The notes under the pieces were generated by a model. That model saw only the letters and a program-made list of their open reading frames with translations, ran no database searches and had not been told where the DNA came from. Position numbers and translations under genes: made by a program. Of a DNA stretch of 64,000 nucleotides, positions 1 through 12,892 are shown piece by piece. Each line of letters opens with the position of its first letter. Within the stretch, counting starts at the first letter, position 1. The stretch covers positions 50,220,001 to 50,284,000 of the forward strand of contig NC_043012.1 in NCBI RefSeq assembly GCF_006345805.1, in the 5' to 3' direction. The stretch is from Octopus sinensis. Taxonomy: Eukaryota.

Positions 1-21
1 TACTTTTATAAAAAACCTTTT

Positions 22-57
22 CAGTACCGGTTTCAGTCATTGGGACTTTTTCAACTA
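22..57 (-). ncRNA. Minimal type I hammerhead ribozyme, U3-A8 variant (copy 1)
   Basis: Minus strand reads uag-UUGAAAA-AGUC-ccaau-GACU-GAAAC-CG-GUA-cug. Stems I and II form and stem III is the palindrome ACCGGU. Confidence 0.6.
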
Positions 58-851
58 TATGTATGGAAAAAAAAATTAAATTTTCGAAAAATTAAAAGAA
101 AAGTTTTTCAAAAGAATATTTGCATAGTTTTCAAAGACAAGAAGCATTTTCCTTGTTTCTGCCTGTCTCTGTCTCTCTTGTTTACTCTTGTGGGTTCGAG
201 GTCGTCTTGAATTCTTGGCAAGGAAGTAGAAGAAGGAAAAGGATAAAGAAGAAGAAGAAGAAGAGAAGAAGAAGAAGAAGAAGAAGAAGAAGAAGAAAGA
301 GGAGTGGGAGAAGAAGAAGAATGTGGGAGTGCCATGATAGTAGTAAGATGTTAAATGGTCAAGTGACCATTTAACATCATACTACTATCACAATAGCTGC
401 ATTCCCTTCTCATTCTCCCTTCTCTTTGTCCGTCTTCAACCTCTCCGGCACCTCCTTCCTACCTTTACCACTATTGCTGTTTAGAATAACACCTACGCAA
501 ATATTAAAAACAATACGTTCAAAAGAGATGTCTCAAGAATTCAATCACTACTACCATCCACAACAAGTCACTTTCAGGGCATTTGACCATTTAACATCTT
601 ACTACTATCATGGCACTCCCGCATTCCCCTTCTTCACCTCCTCCTCCTCCTCCACCTTATTCTTCTTCCTCTTCTTCTCCTTCTTCTTCTTCCCTGCCAT
701 GAATTCACAACGACCTCGAACCCACAAGAGTAAATAAGAGAGACAGAGCCAGGCAGAAACAAGGAAAATACCCCTTGTATTTGAATACTATGCAAATATT
801 CTTTTAAAAATCTTTTCTTTTAATTTTTCCGAAATTTAATTGTTTTCCATG

Positions 852-894
852 TTTACAGTTGAAAAAGTCTCAATGACTGAAACTAGTACTGAAA
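852..894 (+). ncRNA. Minimal type I hammerhead ribozyme, U3-A8 variant (copy 2)
   Basis: uuuacag-UUGAAAA-AGUC-ucaau-GACU-GAAAC-UA-GUA-cugaaa. Stem III is the palindrome ACUAGU. Confidence 0.65.
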
Positions 895-1001
895 TGTTTT
901 TTATAAAATTATTTTAACAATTTTTACCATGACTTTTTTCCATATATATCAACTCGTGTGTTCCTTTTCAACCTTCTATATATATATATGCATATATATA
1001 T

Positions 1002-1056
<55 letters not shown>

Positions 1057-2402
1057 GCATATATATATGCATATATATATATATATATATACACATACAT
1101 ATGCATATATACGTGTAAGTATATATCTCTACATATATGTTGTGCTTGTAACTGTATATATGCATGTATATATATAGAGAGAGGGGTAAAGATAGATAGA
1201 TAGATAGATACGCTGCCTTCTCGTTTCTTTAATTTACTTGGATGTGTAAACATGGCACAGGCTTCATGCTGATCTGTTACGCACTCTGAGTGATGGATTG
1301 CGATTGTGCTTCCTGGGTACATGTGTGCCTAAAGTCTTTTTTCTTCACATTCTTTCCACTCCCTCCTAGCCCACGCGTACATAATCATACACACACATAT
1401 ATCCATATTCACTTCTAAACACATTCATATCTCTGTGTGTGTGCGTTTATATATTTATGTAGGTATGTATCTATATATATACATGCATATACACGCACTT
1501 ACATGAGTATAGTCACATACACACATTATCCTAGTTCAATATTTGCAATTCATCATCAAAGCAGAACGGTGCATTGTTTTATAGAACATATACTTTGAGT
1601 TATTGGATGCAGTTAATACTTCAGTTAAAACAAGGACTTTTACCAAAACTTCGGCGTTGCGTTATGTAATGGCAAATAATGATTCCTTTTAAGTCTAAAT
1701 AATGAAAGTAAAATCATCTTGTACTCCCGATTGTTAGGTAAAGTTTCGGTAAGGAAATTTACGTATAAACATCTACTTTTGACACTGAAGCTATTTGTTT
1801 CATAGAAGTAACATGAGATAAGAGAGAGATTACATAAGATTTAAGCCTGTAGTGATAAATCTTGCCTTGTTTTCTTTTTTGATTTTCCTTTTGTTTTTCT
1901 CTAGTTCTTCATTTTTCCTCTGTATTTTCACCTGAGATTGTGAAGTGTCATAGATCTAATATGTTACATAACTGAAGATAGAACATTAAGAAACATTATA
2001 GATCACACCAAGAACTATATTATTCTTTCTGCAAAATGGATCAAGATGTTACTATCGTAAAATGAATTATCTAGGTTTGCATAGTTTCTCCGCAACGCGC
2101 TTATCGAAATATTCTTATTAAACTATATATGTTGTCGAGTGATTTACAATTTCGCTTCGGAGTCTTGAGCTCTTGGTTTCAATCCCTTAACTTAAAAGCA
2201 TTGACGTACCTCTTTCGTTGATCGCATCCATTCAATGTTTCTAATTGAAACTAAGTTGATGCAACACAGTAGAAATATGTGTCCCTAAATGTACTTGAAA
2301 TTCAGAGCCCCAGAAAAACTACACTGCATTATGCTGAATCTGATTGTTAATTATGTTATGAATAACGACATAATTATGCACGTGAAAACAACTGTTTTAC
2401 AT

Positions 2403-2620
2403 AAGGCGATGGGATGGCAGAGTCATTAGCACACCGGCCGAATATCTTAGCGGCTTTTCAGTTGCCTTAATGTTCTGGGTTCAAATTCCGCCGAGGTCGA
2501 TTCCGCATTTCATCCATTCCGAGTCGTTAAAATAAGTACCAGATCAACGCTTGATGCGATGTCATCAAGAATCTGCCACCCCGAATATGCTGGCATTATG
2601 CGAAAATATTTAAATCAGTA
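2403..2620 (+). mobile_element. tRNA-derived SINE (family A, Nin/Deu-like central domain)
   Basis: Head aaggcg..tggcagagtc, B box ggttcaaattcc, gccgaggtcga..tttcatcc..aaataagtaccag core shared with more than 10 copies in the window. Confidence 0.8.
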
Positions 2621-2635
2621 TTATATTTTTTCATT

Positions 2636-2842
2636 AGGTGTTGAGCTTGCAGAATCGTTAGTACTCGGAGCAAAATCCTTGGTATCTGCTCCGTCTTTAC
2701 ATCCTGAGTTCAAATTCCGCCGAGGTCGACTCTGAATTTCATCCTTGAGGTCTCGATAAAAAAGTACCAATAGAGTGTGAATGTAATCGACTCAGATCTT
2801 CACCTGAAATTGCAGGATTGTACCAAAATTTTAATTCACTAT
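2636..2842 (+). mobile_element. tRNA-derived SINE family A
   Basis: gagcttgcagaatcgttag...gagttcaaattccgccgaggtcgac...tttcatcc...gataaaaagtacca. Confidence 0.8.
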
Positions 2843-3734
2843 TAACGGTTTCAAACGCGGTCTTGATCTGATCATCTCAAACCCTCGACTGAGTACCAGT
2901 TTGATTCCACACGCGCGCGTGCGCACAGAGAATATATATACACATATACATATGTATCTATATTTCAGCATCTGAAAATATATAGGGTGATTGCACTTGG
3001 AGAACATTTAATCTTCCACGTCAGGTTTGTCTTGAGTCAAGAAAAGACATGAAAGGAACTTCGTAGATAGATTTTAATGGTCTGCTGATACAGGACATTG
3101 GTTCGACAACGCCATGATAGAGGCAATATTACTATGACTTCTATTGTAAGGTATCAAGGACGTTAATATGTGTCTGTATTTATGTGTGTATATATATGAA
3201 GAGAGAAGAGTGAGCGGATCAGAGAGTGAGTGAGAGAGATAAAGAGGGGAAGATGCAAGTAGGTTAAAAAAGGGAAGCATAATATAGCTATGCATTCATT
3301 AATTATTACTAATTAATACCCTCATAAATTAGTGAACTATAAAGCATCTAGCTTGCATAATCGATAGCACGCTGGGCAAATGGTTTCCCTGCATTTCATC
3401 GGTCTAGGTGTCTTTGAAATAAGTGCCAACTGAGCAGTGGGAGCGATGTAATCGACAATACCTCTTTTCGAAATCTCTAGGCCTTCTGCCTAAGGTAGAA
3501 TAATATTTCGATAATACCTATTTTATTTGAATCGTATATATAGAAGTAATATGTATCCTGGCTGGATATGTGTTTGCCATGGATGAGTATGACACAAAAC
3601 TCCCCGCAGCATTTTGTATTCATTTTATACTTCTTTCCTATTAATTACCACACTGTTACTAATATTGATTTTATATTTTTGCACTAGAACAACAATGTCA
3701 GCGGAGGGAGGAAATCCATTACATCGGAGACCGT

Positions 3735-4060
3735 GCTCAACTGGTCCTTTCTTTCTCAATCATGAAACGATGATTGGTAAAGTCGACCTCGGCAATACTT
3801 CAACTAAGAACGTAAAGACGGATGAAATGTCGATACACATTTAGTCAGGCAAGAAATTTTGGTACAAAGCCAACAAGTTCGTAGTGGAGTATATTTTGAT
3901 TACATAGGCTCCAATGCCCAAATGGCACTTATTTTATCAATCTGAAATGATAAAAGACAAAGTCTACCTCGGTGGCATTTTATCTTAGAAAGTTACGCCG
4001 GACGAAATGCTATTCTACATTTTTCCCGACGAGGTAACGATTCTGCCCTCTCACCGCATC
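3735..4060 (-). mobile_element. Two degraded SINE family A copies
   Basis: aaagtcgacctcggc and aaagtctacctcggtggcattt, followed by gacgaaatg...taacgattctgcc, the reverse complement of the family A head and core. Confidence 0.65.
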
Positions 4061-6989
4061 CGTATTGTTACTAATATTGACACAATTGCATGTTCTTCAG
4101 CTATTTGCGCAGATATAATACATACAATTCTCCTAATATAATTAGTATTAACGCTAATAATATGGAAAGTCTCTTGTACTATAACCACTAATTTTTCTCA
4201 TAACAACTCTACTATTGGTGTTACTATTAGTATCAATGTTTCTGCGCTTACTATTACATCAGTAAATCATAGGGAAAACTGAAATCATTATAAAATGCAA
4301 TGAATTAAAGATAATGAACACACAACATCTATCGTATATTATCAGATTAAGTCTCTTTTACATATTCAGTGTGTATGTAAATTTTAATATAGAGATCTTA
4401 TTAAAACACAGACGTCAGTTTTACTTCAGAGGTCTTGTTAAGCAAGAACGTAACAAATACATTTATTATGCGAGAAAGCAAATTAACGCAGACATTGATG
4501 ATGCACAGTTAACTTTATATTTATTGTAGTGTATTAGAAAGAGCTCTCAATTCGCTGAGACTGTAATGCTTCTGATTACGTAAATAATTTAGTTTCAGAC
4601 AGTATCTTTCTGTGTTCAAACCATAGTACAGACACATTCAACTTCCATGACACGAGAATCCTAAATTATATGACAAAATATTAACAATCATGTACAATAA
4701 AGACTTCACGAGTACGAACTGGTTACTTGTGGGTGTTATCGTTGTTGTTTCGTTTGTTTTCATAATATATTCGTTAATCTTGTTCAAGCTCTTGTTTTTG
4801 ATTTATTTAGTTGCTATTGCTGTTCTTACTGTTTCCCTTATTGTTTATTCCCACAGTAAAAATTTATTCAGCAGAGTTTCTCTTCATACACATGCAGGTC
4901 TCTCTGTGTGTGGCAACATATGCTCCACGACTCAAAGTTGTGGTCACATTTTCTTAGAATCGAAGTAGGATTAGTATTCTAAACATTCTAAAGGACCCAC
5001 CCAATAAATATTATACCATACCTTTAATGCCCTAGCTCAGTTTTCTCAGTCCTTTGCCAAATCTCAGGTGACATCTACAGAGATTGCTGGATGAAGAATT
5101 TTGGTGGCTTTGATTAAGATATATATTTCTGCAGATCATCTCTAGAAATCAGAGTTAACTGCAAACCAAATATGAACTCAAGCAACTATGCCAAGCACTC
5201 GCTACACGAAATATCATTAACAACGTAATAGCTTTGTAAAATAAATTCTAGTTAGCTTTAAGAACAGTCTGAATGTTATCTTCAGAAAGTCATTCAGGTT
5301 AAATTTTCACTGTGAAGTGCTACTGTCTCGATGTGATTTCAGCCTGAAATTTGTTCTAAAAACATTTCATATTCGTATCGTGCGCAGGACAGAATTGGTT
5401 GTCAATAGGGATAATATAAAACGACGTCGTATAAAATTGCTTTATTAAGAAAAGGCATGTCATTCTTCTCAAACTATGGGCTACAGCAAATCAAGTACAG
5501 TTGTAGACACAATTGCAAGGCCTGATAGTAAAAGGATATCCCTTTCGGTCAATGTTCTGTCCTAAACATTTACAACTTCACTTGAAGTTGCTGCTGTGAA
5601 TTTGAAGAAGGACGATGTGCGTTACGGTTTCATAACTGGAATGTTCTAATCTGAAAATTCGTATGTAATCTCCAAGGAGAGAGAGTATCAAACTTTTACT
5701 GTCCTGTCTTTGAAAAATATTCAACCAGAGCAGAAAATATTTTGTACAATCACTCAGCTTGTTTCATCGCAAAACGAGCTTTAAGTGAATGAAAAGCCAA
5801 ATAGTTGTACGTCTATTTTTCTAAACATTATTTACTTTTAATCTCTGTAATATTTTCCTGTCACACTCAAGAGGATACACATAACATTGTTTTCAAAATT
5901 TTAAATACAATCTTCATTGTTTTAATGCTGTAATTAAAAATTATTGCTTTCACTCTATATTCATTACTGCGTCATTGCATGTTTGCAATTAAACATTTTG
6001 AGGCGAACACATGCTTGTTATAACAGGGATTTATAGCTGGTGTTTAGATCTGTAGAGATATGGAAAGTAGGTCTTTACAGAAATAAATCACGTCGAAACA
6101 ACAAACATATTTCTTACCGATAATTAATTTATTGTAGTTATCTTCGAGCATGCACGAATGCTTCAAATCCAAATATTTTTGTACGAAATATTGCACACGA
6201 ACTCATGAAATCAGAAAGATTCACAAACGTTTGGAAAGACTCACAGATTTGTCTGTCTTCGTTTATGTGTATCATTGTGTTTGGTAGAGTTCGGAATATA
6301 TGTTTGCTCTGATGTAATTGCGACGGGAACTAAATTTCAACAAATTGTTACGTTGGTCTTGCGTTCCAAAATTCTCTTTTCGTTTGACCTTGTATTAACA
6401 ACAAAATACAGTACATGCAACAAAATTTGATAGAAATAAACAAAGAAAATCTATAGTAACTAAGCAAAGAACTATGTGAAATTTAACAGCAATAACTCTC
6501 GGACATAATCATTGAATAACTTTCGAATTCGGCATTTTAACAGGCCGATCACTAGATCCAGCATAACCTATTTCGAGCTAACACAAAGTGCTATGAAACA
6601 CGTTGTTAGCCGACATTATCAGGTTTCAATTGTTAATACAATAATGAGTTCAGGAACGCTAATGATGAAAATTGAAATTAAAATCCAAGTAAATATAAAT
6701 AATCCTTATGAAACTAAATTACGATGCTCGAAATTATTCCTGCCTATAATTATTTCAACAAGAAGTTGTTTCCAAAAGTCTTGCATATTTTTATTGTTCC
6801 ACTTACAGATTGTATTCGGAATGTGCGAGTTAGTTAAGTAATTTTTTTCTGAATATCGGGGATTATCCAAACAGCAATTTAGGTATTTATTCACAAAAGC
6901 AAACTCACCAATAATTATAAGTATAAACGCAAATTGGTGATCTGGATATAGAAGCTACTGGTTTTAAAGCAGCTGTCCATAGCTATCAT

Positions 6990-7598
6990 GTTTCATTTTG
7001 ATTTAGAAAGAGATAGGTACATAAGGAGGGCAGCTGGCACCTGTGGTGGTACATATCTTTCTCAGCTATCCCATTCAATAATATTCGATCTGTTATACTT
7101 AGAATTCAACAGAGCTTTTGATGGGAACATTCCACTAGTAGTCCTTGTGTTGATGTTTGTTTACATATTCAATAACAAGGAGATTCTCAAACCTTATTCC
7201 AGGGCTGTTTTCTTTTTCCGAGTGGCATTGTAGATTGCTTTTGCCAGAACGCCGTGTCACATAAGTGGGTAGTAATTTGATGACATTTTTGGACAGCAGC
7301 TAATCAAGAGTGTGATACCAATCATAGAAATGAGACATAATCTAACTTTTCAGTTGCATCTTGGAACAACAAGGATGTCACTATCTTTTTTTTTAGTTAT
7401 AATGTATTTAGTAAGAATCTCCTGAGCTGAGATTGCAAATGTATACCCTTCAAAATGTGGTGTGATGTAGAGGTGACAAAGAGAAGCTTTGCTTATGCCA
7501 ATATTACTTTCTTCAAGACTTCAGGAGTAATACCCTCGCATGGAAGATTTTTGGCATGCTGAGAGTTTCAAATTCTGGTCTTCTGTGAGGTATGCTTA
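6990..7598 (+). pseudogene. Degraded CR1-group LINE reverse transcriptase fragment
   Basis: Translation TYLSQL...FDLLYLEFNRAFD resembles the CR1-type RT motif D.IYLDFSKAFD. The rest is heavily decayed and abuts the mariner insertion. Confidence 0.35.
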
Positions 7599-7600
7599 TA

Positions 7601-8841
7601 TTGGGTTGTCCGGAAAGTTCGTGCCGATTTATAGTGGCTTATATTTCGACTTATTTTAGAACATGGTTGAGTCCATAAAACAGGATTTGACTACACCTCC
7701 ATTTAGAGCACAGTTTATGCTATCTTTTCGTGGAGTAAGGTTTATGTTCCTATAACCTGTGTCAATTCTGTAACCCTTTAAAATGAAAGATAAGAAATTT
7801 CATTTTCGGCACTTGGTGCTTTTCTTTTTCTGTAAAAGGAGAAATGCCTCAGAAGCAACCAGAGAAATATGCGCAGTTTATGGTGATGTTTCTTTATCTG
7901 AAAGAACTGTACGGAGGAGGTTCGCAAGGTTCAGAGCTGGAGTTTGTAGCCTTATTGATAAAGAGCGATCAGGCAGACCATCCACTACTGATGATGACCA
8001 AATCAAATCATTAACTGAGAATAATCCACATTGCAAAACCCGAGAATTGGCAGTAAGCCACACCCTAGAAAATCCGTCGTTCATGAGCACCTGGTAAAGC
8101 TTGGGTACACAAATCGCTACGACGTTTGTGTGCCACATGAGTTGAGTGAGAAGATCGCATTTCCATCTGTGATTCGCTTTATAAACGAAATGAAAACGCG
8201 CCTTTTTTAAAGCAAATTGTGACAGGTGATGAGAAATGGACTATCTACCCAAATGCCGAGAAAGCGACCCTGGAGTAAGAGACATGAGCCACCATTAAAA
8301 AGTCTTCCTTTATGTCTGGTGGGATCGGAAAGAAATTCTGTACTATGAGCTTCTCCCAAGTAACCAGACAATTAATTCTGAGAAATACTGCACACAACTG
8401 GACGAGTGAAAAGCAGCAATTCAAGAGAAACGTACAGGATTGGCCAACAGGAAGGTCGTTCTTTTCCAACATGATAATGCAAGACCGCACGTTTCTTTGG
8501 GAACAAGACAAAAATTGCTGCAGCTCAGCTGGGATGTGATACCCCACCCTCCATATTCACCAGATATTGCTCCTTCGAATGTCCACTTATTCAGGTCTCT
8601 GCAGAATAGTCTTAATGGTAAAATGTCAATTACTTGGATGAGGTATAAAAGATACCTTGATGAATTCTTTGCCATGAAACTACCTTAATTCTGGGAAGAG
8701 GGTATTTTCAAGTTAAAGGAAAGATGGAGACGCATTATGCAACAAAATGGTTCATATTTGGTTGACTAAAAATGTAATGGCAAATATTTATTGACCTTTT
8801 TCTGTCCTTTAAAAATCGGCATGAACTTTCCGGACAGCCCA
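7601..8841 (+). mobile_element. Full-length defective mariner DNA transposon (~1.24 kb)
   Basis: Left TIR ttgggttgtccggaaagttcgtgccgattt and right TIR aaatcggcatgaactttccggacagccca, with TA on both flanks (7599-7600, 8842-8843). Confidence 0.95.
7783..8769 (+). pseudogene. Mariner (DD34D-type, mellifera-like) transposase pseudogene
   Basis: MKDKKFHFRHLVLFFF...EICAVYG, SGRP, (W>C)VPHEL, IVTGDEKW, HDNARPH, YSPDIAPSNVHLF (third catalytic D>N), ...QQNGSYLVD*. Contains frameshifts and stops. Confidence 0.95.
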
Positions 8842-8851
8842 TACAAACATC

Positions 8852-8875
8852 AATCTATTTATCTATCTATCTATT

Positions 8876-8954
<79 letters not shown>

Positions 8955-8991
8955 GATCGATCTATCTGTCTTCCTCTCTCTCCCTCTTTCC

Positions 8992-9049
<58 letters not shown>

Positions 9050-9159
9050 TATATATATATACACACATATGTATACAGATAAATACGAATATATACATAC
9101 ACATACACACACACACACATACATACATACATACACACATACATACATACATACATACA

Positions 9160-9190
<31 letters not shown>
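8852..9190. repeat. Compound microsatellite (TATC)n-(TC)n-(TA)n-(TACA)n
   Basis: Read directly from the sequence. It is representative of dozens of such tracts in the window. Confidence 0.95.
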
Positions 9191-9534
9191 TAGGAAATCC
9201 TCCTGAAGCAATCACTTTTGAGCGTGCTCAACAAACGAATGTTTTGAACTAACTATATTGACAAATTAAATTGAAAATAGTTATAGGCATAAATATATCG
9301 AAACAGAACAAATATTTCTTCAAACTAGTATACTTCCTAAAAGTAGTATGCATTATTTATTTTATTTTATTTAAGCTATTCGTATTTTGATGGATTGAAA
9401 ATGCTCAAGAAAGTTTCGAAGTATCAAAATTTCCTGAAACTTCAAGCAGTTCAGTGTCTGCGAGGAGCAGCCTTAATACGCATTAATATAATGGAAGTTT
9501 TATTTAGAGATTATTACGTATATTGATTACATAT

Positions 9535-9737
9535 TTCGGTCCAAGGCCAGAAATTTCGGGAGAGGGTGTAATTCGATTAAACCGACCCCAATATTTAAAA
9601 GGTACTTATTTTATTAACCCCAAAAAGATGAAAGTCAAAACTGAATACGGCGGAATTTGAACTCAGAGCGAAAAGACAGCAAAAAACTGCTAAGCCTTTT
9701 GGCAGGCGTTCTAACGATTCTCCCAGTTTGCTCTCTT
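9535..9737 (-). mobile_element. SINE family A
   Basis: ggtacttattttattaacccc...gatgaaagtcaaa...cggcggaatttgaactcag...taacgattctcccag. Confidence 0.75.
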
Positions 9738-10884
9738 CGAGCTAGCTACATATATCATTGCAAGTCAGTATTAAGCATGATATAATATATTTATAAAATG
9801 GTAAATTAGTAGTGGAATCTACCAAAACAGTGCAGGAAATACTCAGAGCTATTACACGCACTTCTAACTGCAACCCATTGTCGGAAAACCTTCAGGATCA
9901 TCAGTAGTCATTTTAATCTCCCAAGAGGTTCGACCCTTACCTATTCAGTGGGAGATTCCAATTAGCCCTCTCTTGGAGAAAGGTTCCACTTTGTGCCCTT
10001 ATTAACAATAGCCACATTGGGCCAGATTCTGTCATTATGCCCATTTACTTCTTGGCATTCTTCAGATATTTGGCCTCCCAAAACATATGCTGCTATATCT
10101 AACAGGATCTAACAGGAAATCTGCTGTAACTGGCTTCATTAGGGAGTGAGGCGACGTACCATATTTTGACAAGTCCCCATCGACTAGCTCCTGGTATTTG
10201 TTATTATTTTGTGAAAGCAAATTATTAATTTTTTCCTCCCTGTGAATTGTACGTTCAACCGCAATAGATATGTTTGCAGTTTTGGATATCTGGAACATCT
10301 CTGTTTGCAGTGATGTTACAGGTATCTCTTGCTAAGAAGACGATTCTGTTCTTTAGATTCATCTTGCAACATTCGGTTTGAGGCTGGATGAAATATGGAA
10401 AACGGGAATCCTGTTGTTTCGGCAAGAAAGAAATATATCATTCTCAAGAATTCATAGGGAATAGGATTCTGAATAACTAATCTAAGATAGCTCCCTTAAA
10501 ATATTTTCTGATTTTCATAAACTTTGTAGAAACTGAAGAAAAATGTCTTTGTCATAACCTTTTAAAAATCTGCTAACTCGGATTATAGTACATAGTGTAT
10601 TTCGAAGAATGTCTTAACTGCAGCTCAAAATGAAGCTGTGGTTATTATACTTGATGTAGTGTAATATGGTATTTAAACATACAAACTCTGAATTTCTATG
10701 AATTTTTGCTAAATCGTTATTAATGCGAGCGGTGTTTGCCAAAGCGCTTCCTGATGAACGACATGTTTTGCACACAAAGAAGATAGAAGAGGACGGGGAC
10801 GAGGAGGAAAAGAAGAGGAAGTAGTAATAGTATAAGTAGTAGTGTTGGTGGTGGTGGAAGTGGTGTTGGTGGCGTTGGTGGTAA

Positions 10885-10931
<47 letters not shown>

Positions 10932-11776
10932 TTACTACTACTACTAGTAGTAGTAGTAGTAGTTGCAGCAGCAGTAGCATACTAAAAGAAAAACAACTTA
11001 TAATCATAATACACACATACATGTATATACATATACATATACATACATGTGTTATTGGGATATATTGAAGCTTCCAGTTATCTATCGATACCTTTCTACA
11101 TAATATTGTGCACTAAATACTCCGGTTAACTTGCGCTGTCGTAGACACCTTTCTTGGAATGTATTCCTTCGTATACTTTAAAGAATGATATCTCCTGTGA
11201 TCTGATAGAAACACTCGATGTGTTTGTTCATACTGCTGGAAAGATATTACTGCAATTAAATACCGAGGATGTACATTTTTCCGAATCTACATCGAAACTT
11301 GACACTCCACGACATTATTGTCATGTGTATATTTAATCCGGAAGAATTCAGGTCGTTATTTATTTAATTCCGGGTGACGAAGCTCCTGGCCATAGATTTT
11401 ACTAAGCTCTCTAGTTTCTAACACGTGTGACGTGTGCCAATAAAATATGTATAGTTTATGTCTGTGCGCTTATTAGAACCTGTGTGAGTATATTTTTGTA
11501 TTTAATCATGTACACATATGCCTGCGTATAAATTCACATATGCATGTATGTAGGTTCAAACACATACACACAGAAACACACAGATACATTTATGTATACA
11601 TACGTATATTTACGAATATTTATAAACCTCACTCACTCTCTTCCTGCCCTGTTTTCTCTATATATTTTTATTTACATATGTATATATATGTGTGTGTGAG
11701 TGTAAGTGTGTGTGTGTGTTGTGTGTGTGTGTGTGTGTGTGTGTGTGAGTGTATATACATACACACACACACACAC

Positions 11777-11807
<31 letters not shown>

Positions 11808-12772
11808 GTATGCATATATTTGCAAATATATATTTATATAAATATATGTGTGGATATATACGCTCGTATAGATACGTATGCATGTATATATATTTATGTA
11901 TGTATGTATGTATGCATGTATGTACGTCTGTATATACAAGCGAGCGCTTGTGAGAGAGTTTATATAATTAGGATTACGTGTAGAAACCAGTAGAATCATG
12001 ATTTTTAAAGATTATTCTTTTTAAAAATAAATCATAATGATGGTATGGTGGTGGGTTGAAGAAAGTAAGAAGGAAATAGATTAGATGATTAAGTCAACGA
12101 GTGAAAACTGATATATTCTTATGAAATTTGCCTTGAGGATGTTTGTCTGTTGTGATTAGAGATATATTCGGAGTGAGTCGGCCTACAGTTTAAAAATATA
12201 GCGAAAGAAACAACCCCCATTTCCACCGTCTCCCAACTCTTCCTCTGAATGCAATAACACGGACAGATGACAGAGACTAAGTTGCTTGTTGAGAAAAACG
12301 AAGAAGTTCCCAGACGACTGTGGGAAGTATACACTCGGATTCAAGCGGCAGAATCTTTGCTGGAGGCAACAGATTTTGCTGACATCCAAATATCATGTAA
12401 CGGTGATTTCTTTCGAAAAACTTCAACGATTAACCATAATCCTTGAGATTCAGATTAAATGAAGTGCTTGTATTCAATGTTTTTAAGATGTCTTGGTTTC
12501 GACAGTGATATAATGATGGTTTCTCTTAGCAGTTTGTGCATGTATATGTCTGTATGTATGCGTGGGTTTGTGCGTGTGTGTTTATCTGCACATGTAGGAA
12601 TATGCGGTGTTTGCATTTACATATATATGCGTGTGTACCATTCTTTTTTTTTTTTTTGTTTTTAGATATTTTTGTGCGTATGAAAGAATAATTCCAATTT
12701 TAATTATATTTTATAATTATCATTATTGTTATTCTGAAATATATTATTCTTAGCATTTGATATTACTACTAT

Positions 12773-12833
<61 letters not shown>

Positions 12834-12861
12834 ACTACAACTACTACTACCACTTCTTCTT

Positions 12862-12892
<31 letters not shown>

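Larger units (their letters stand above)
1..941. mobile_element. Penelope-like pseudo-LTR element in inverted plus tandem arrangement, with internal (GAA)n/(TTC)n and a terminal hammerhead motif
   Basis: 1-360 is the reverse complement of ~580-910, with a local palindrome centre at ~362 (gatgttaaatggtca/tgaccatttaacatc). A third copy lies at 55035-55637. The two + strand copies end in gactttttt-ccat and abut (TA)n. Each copy carries an HHR-like motif. Confidence 0.65.
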
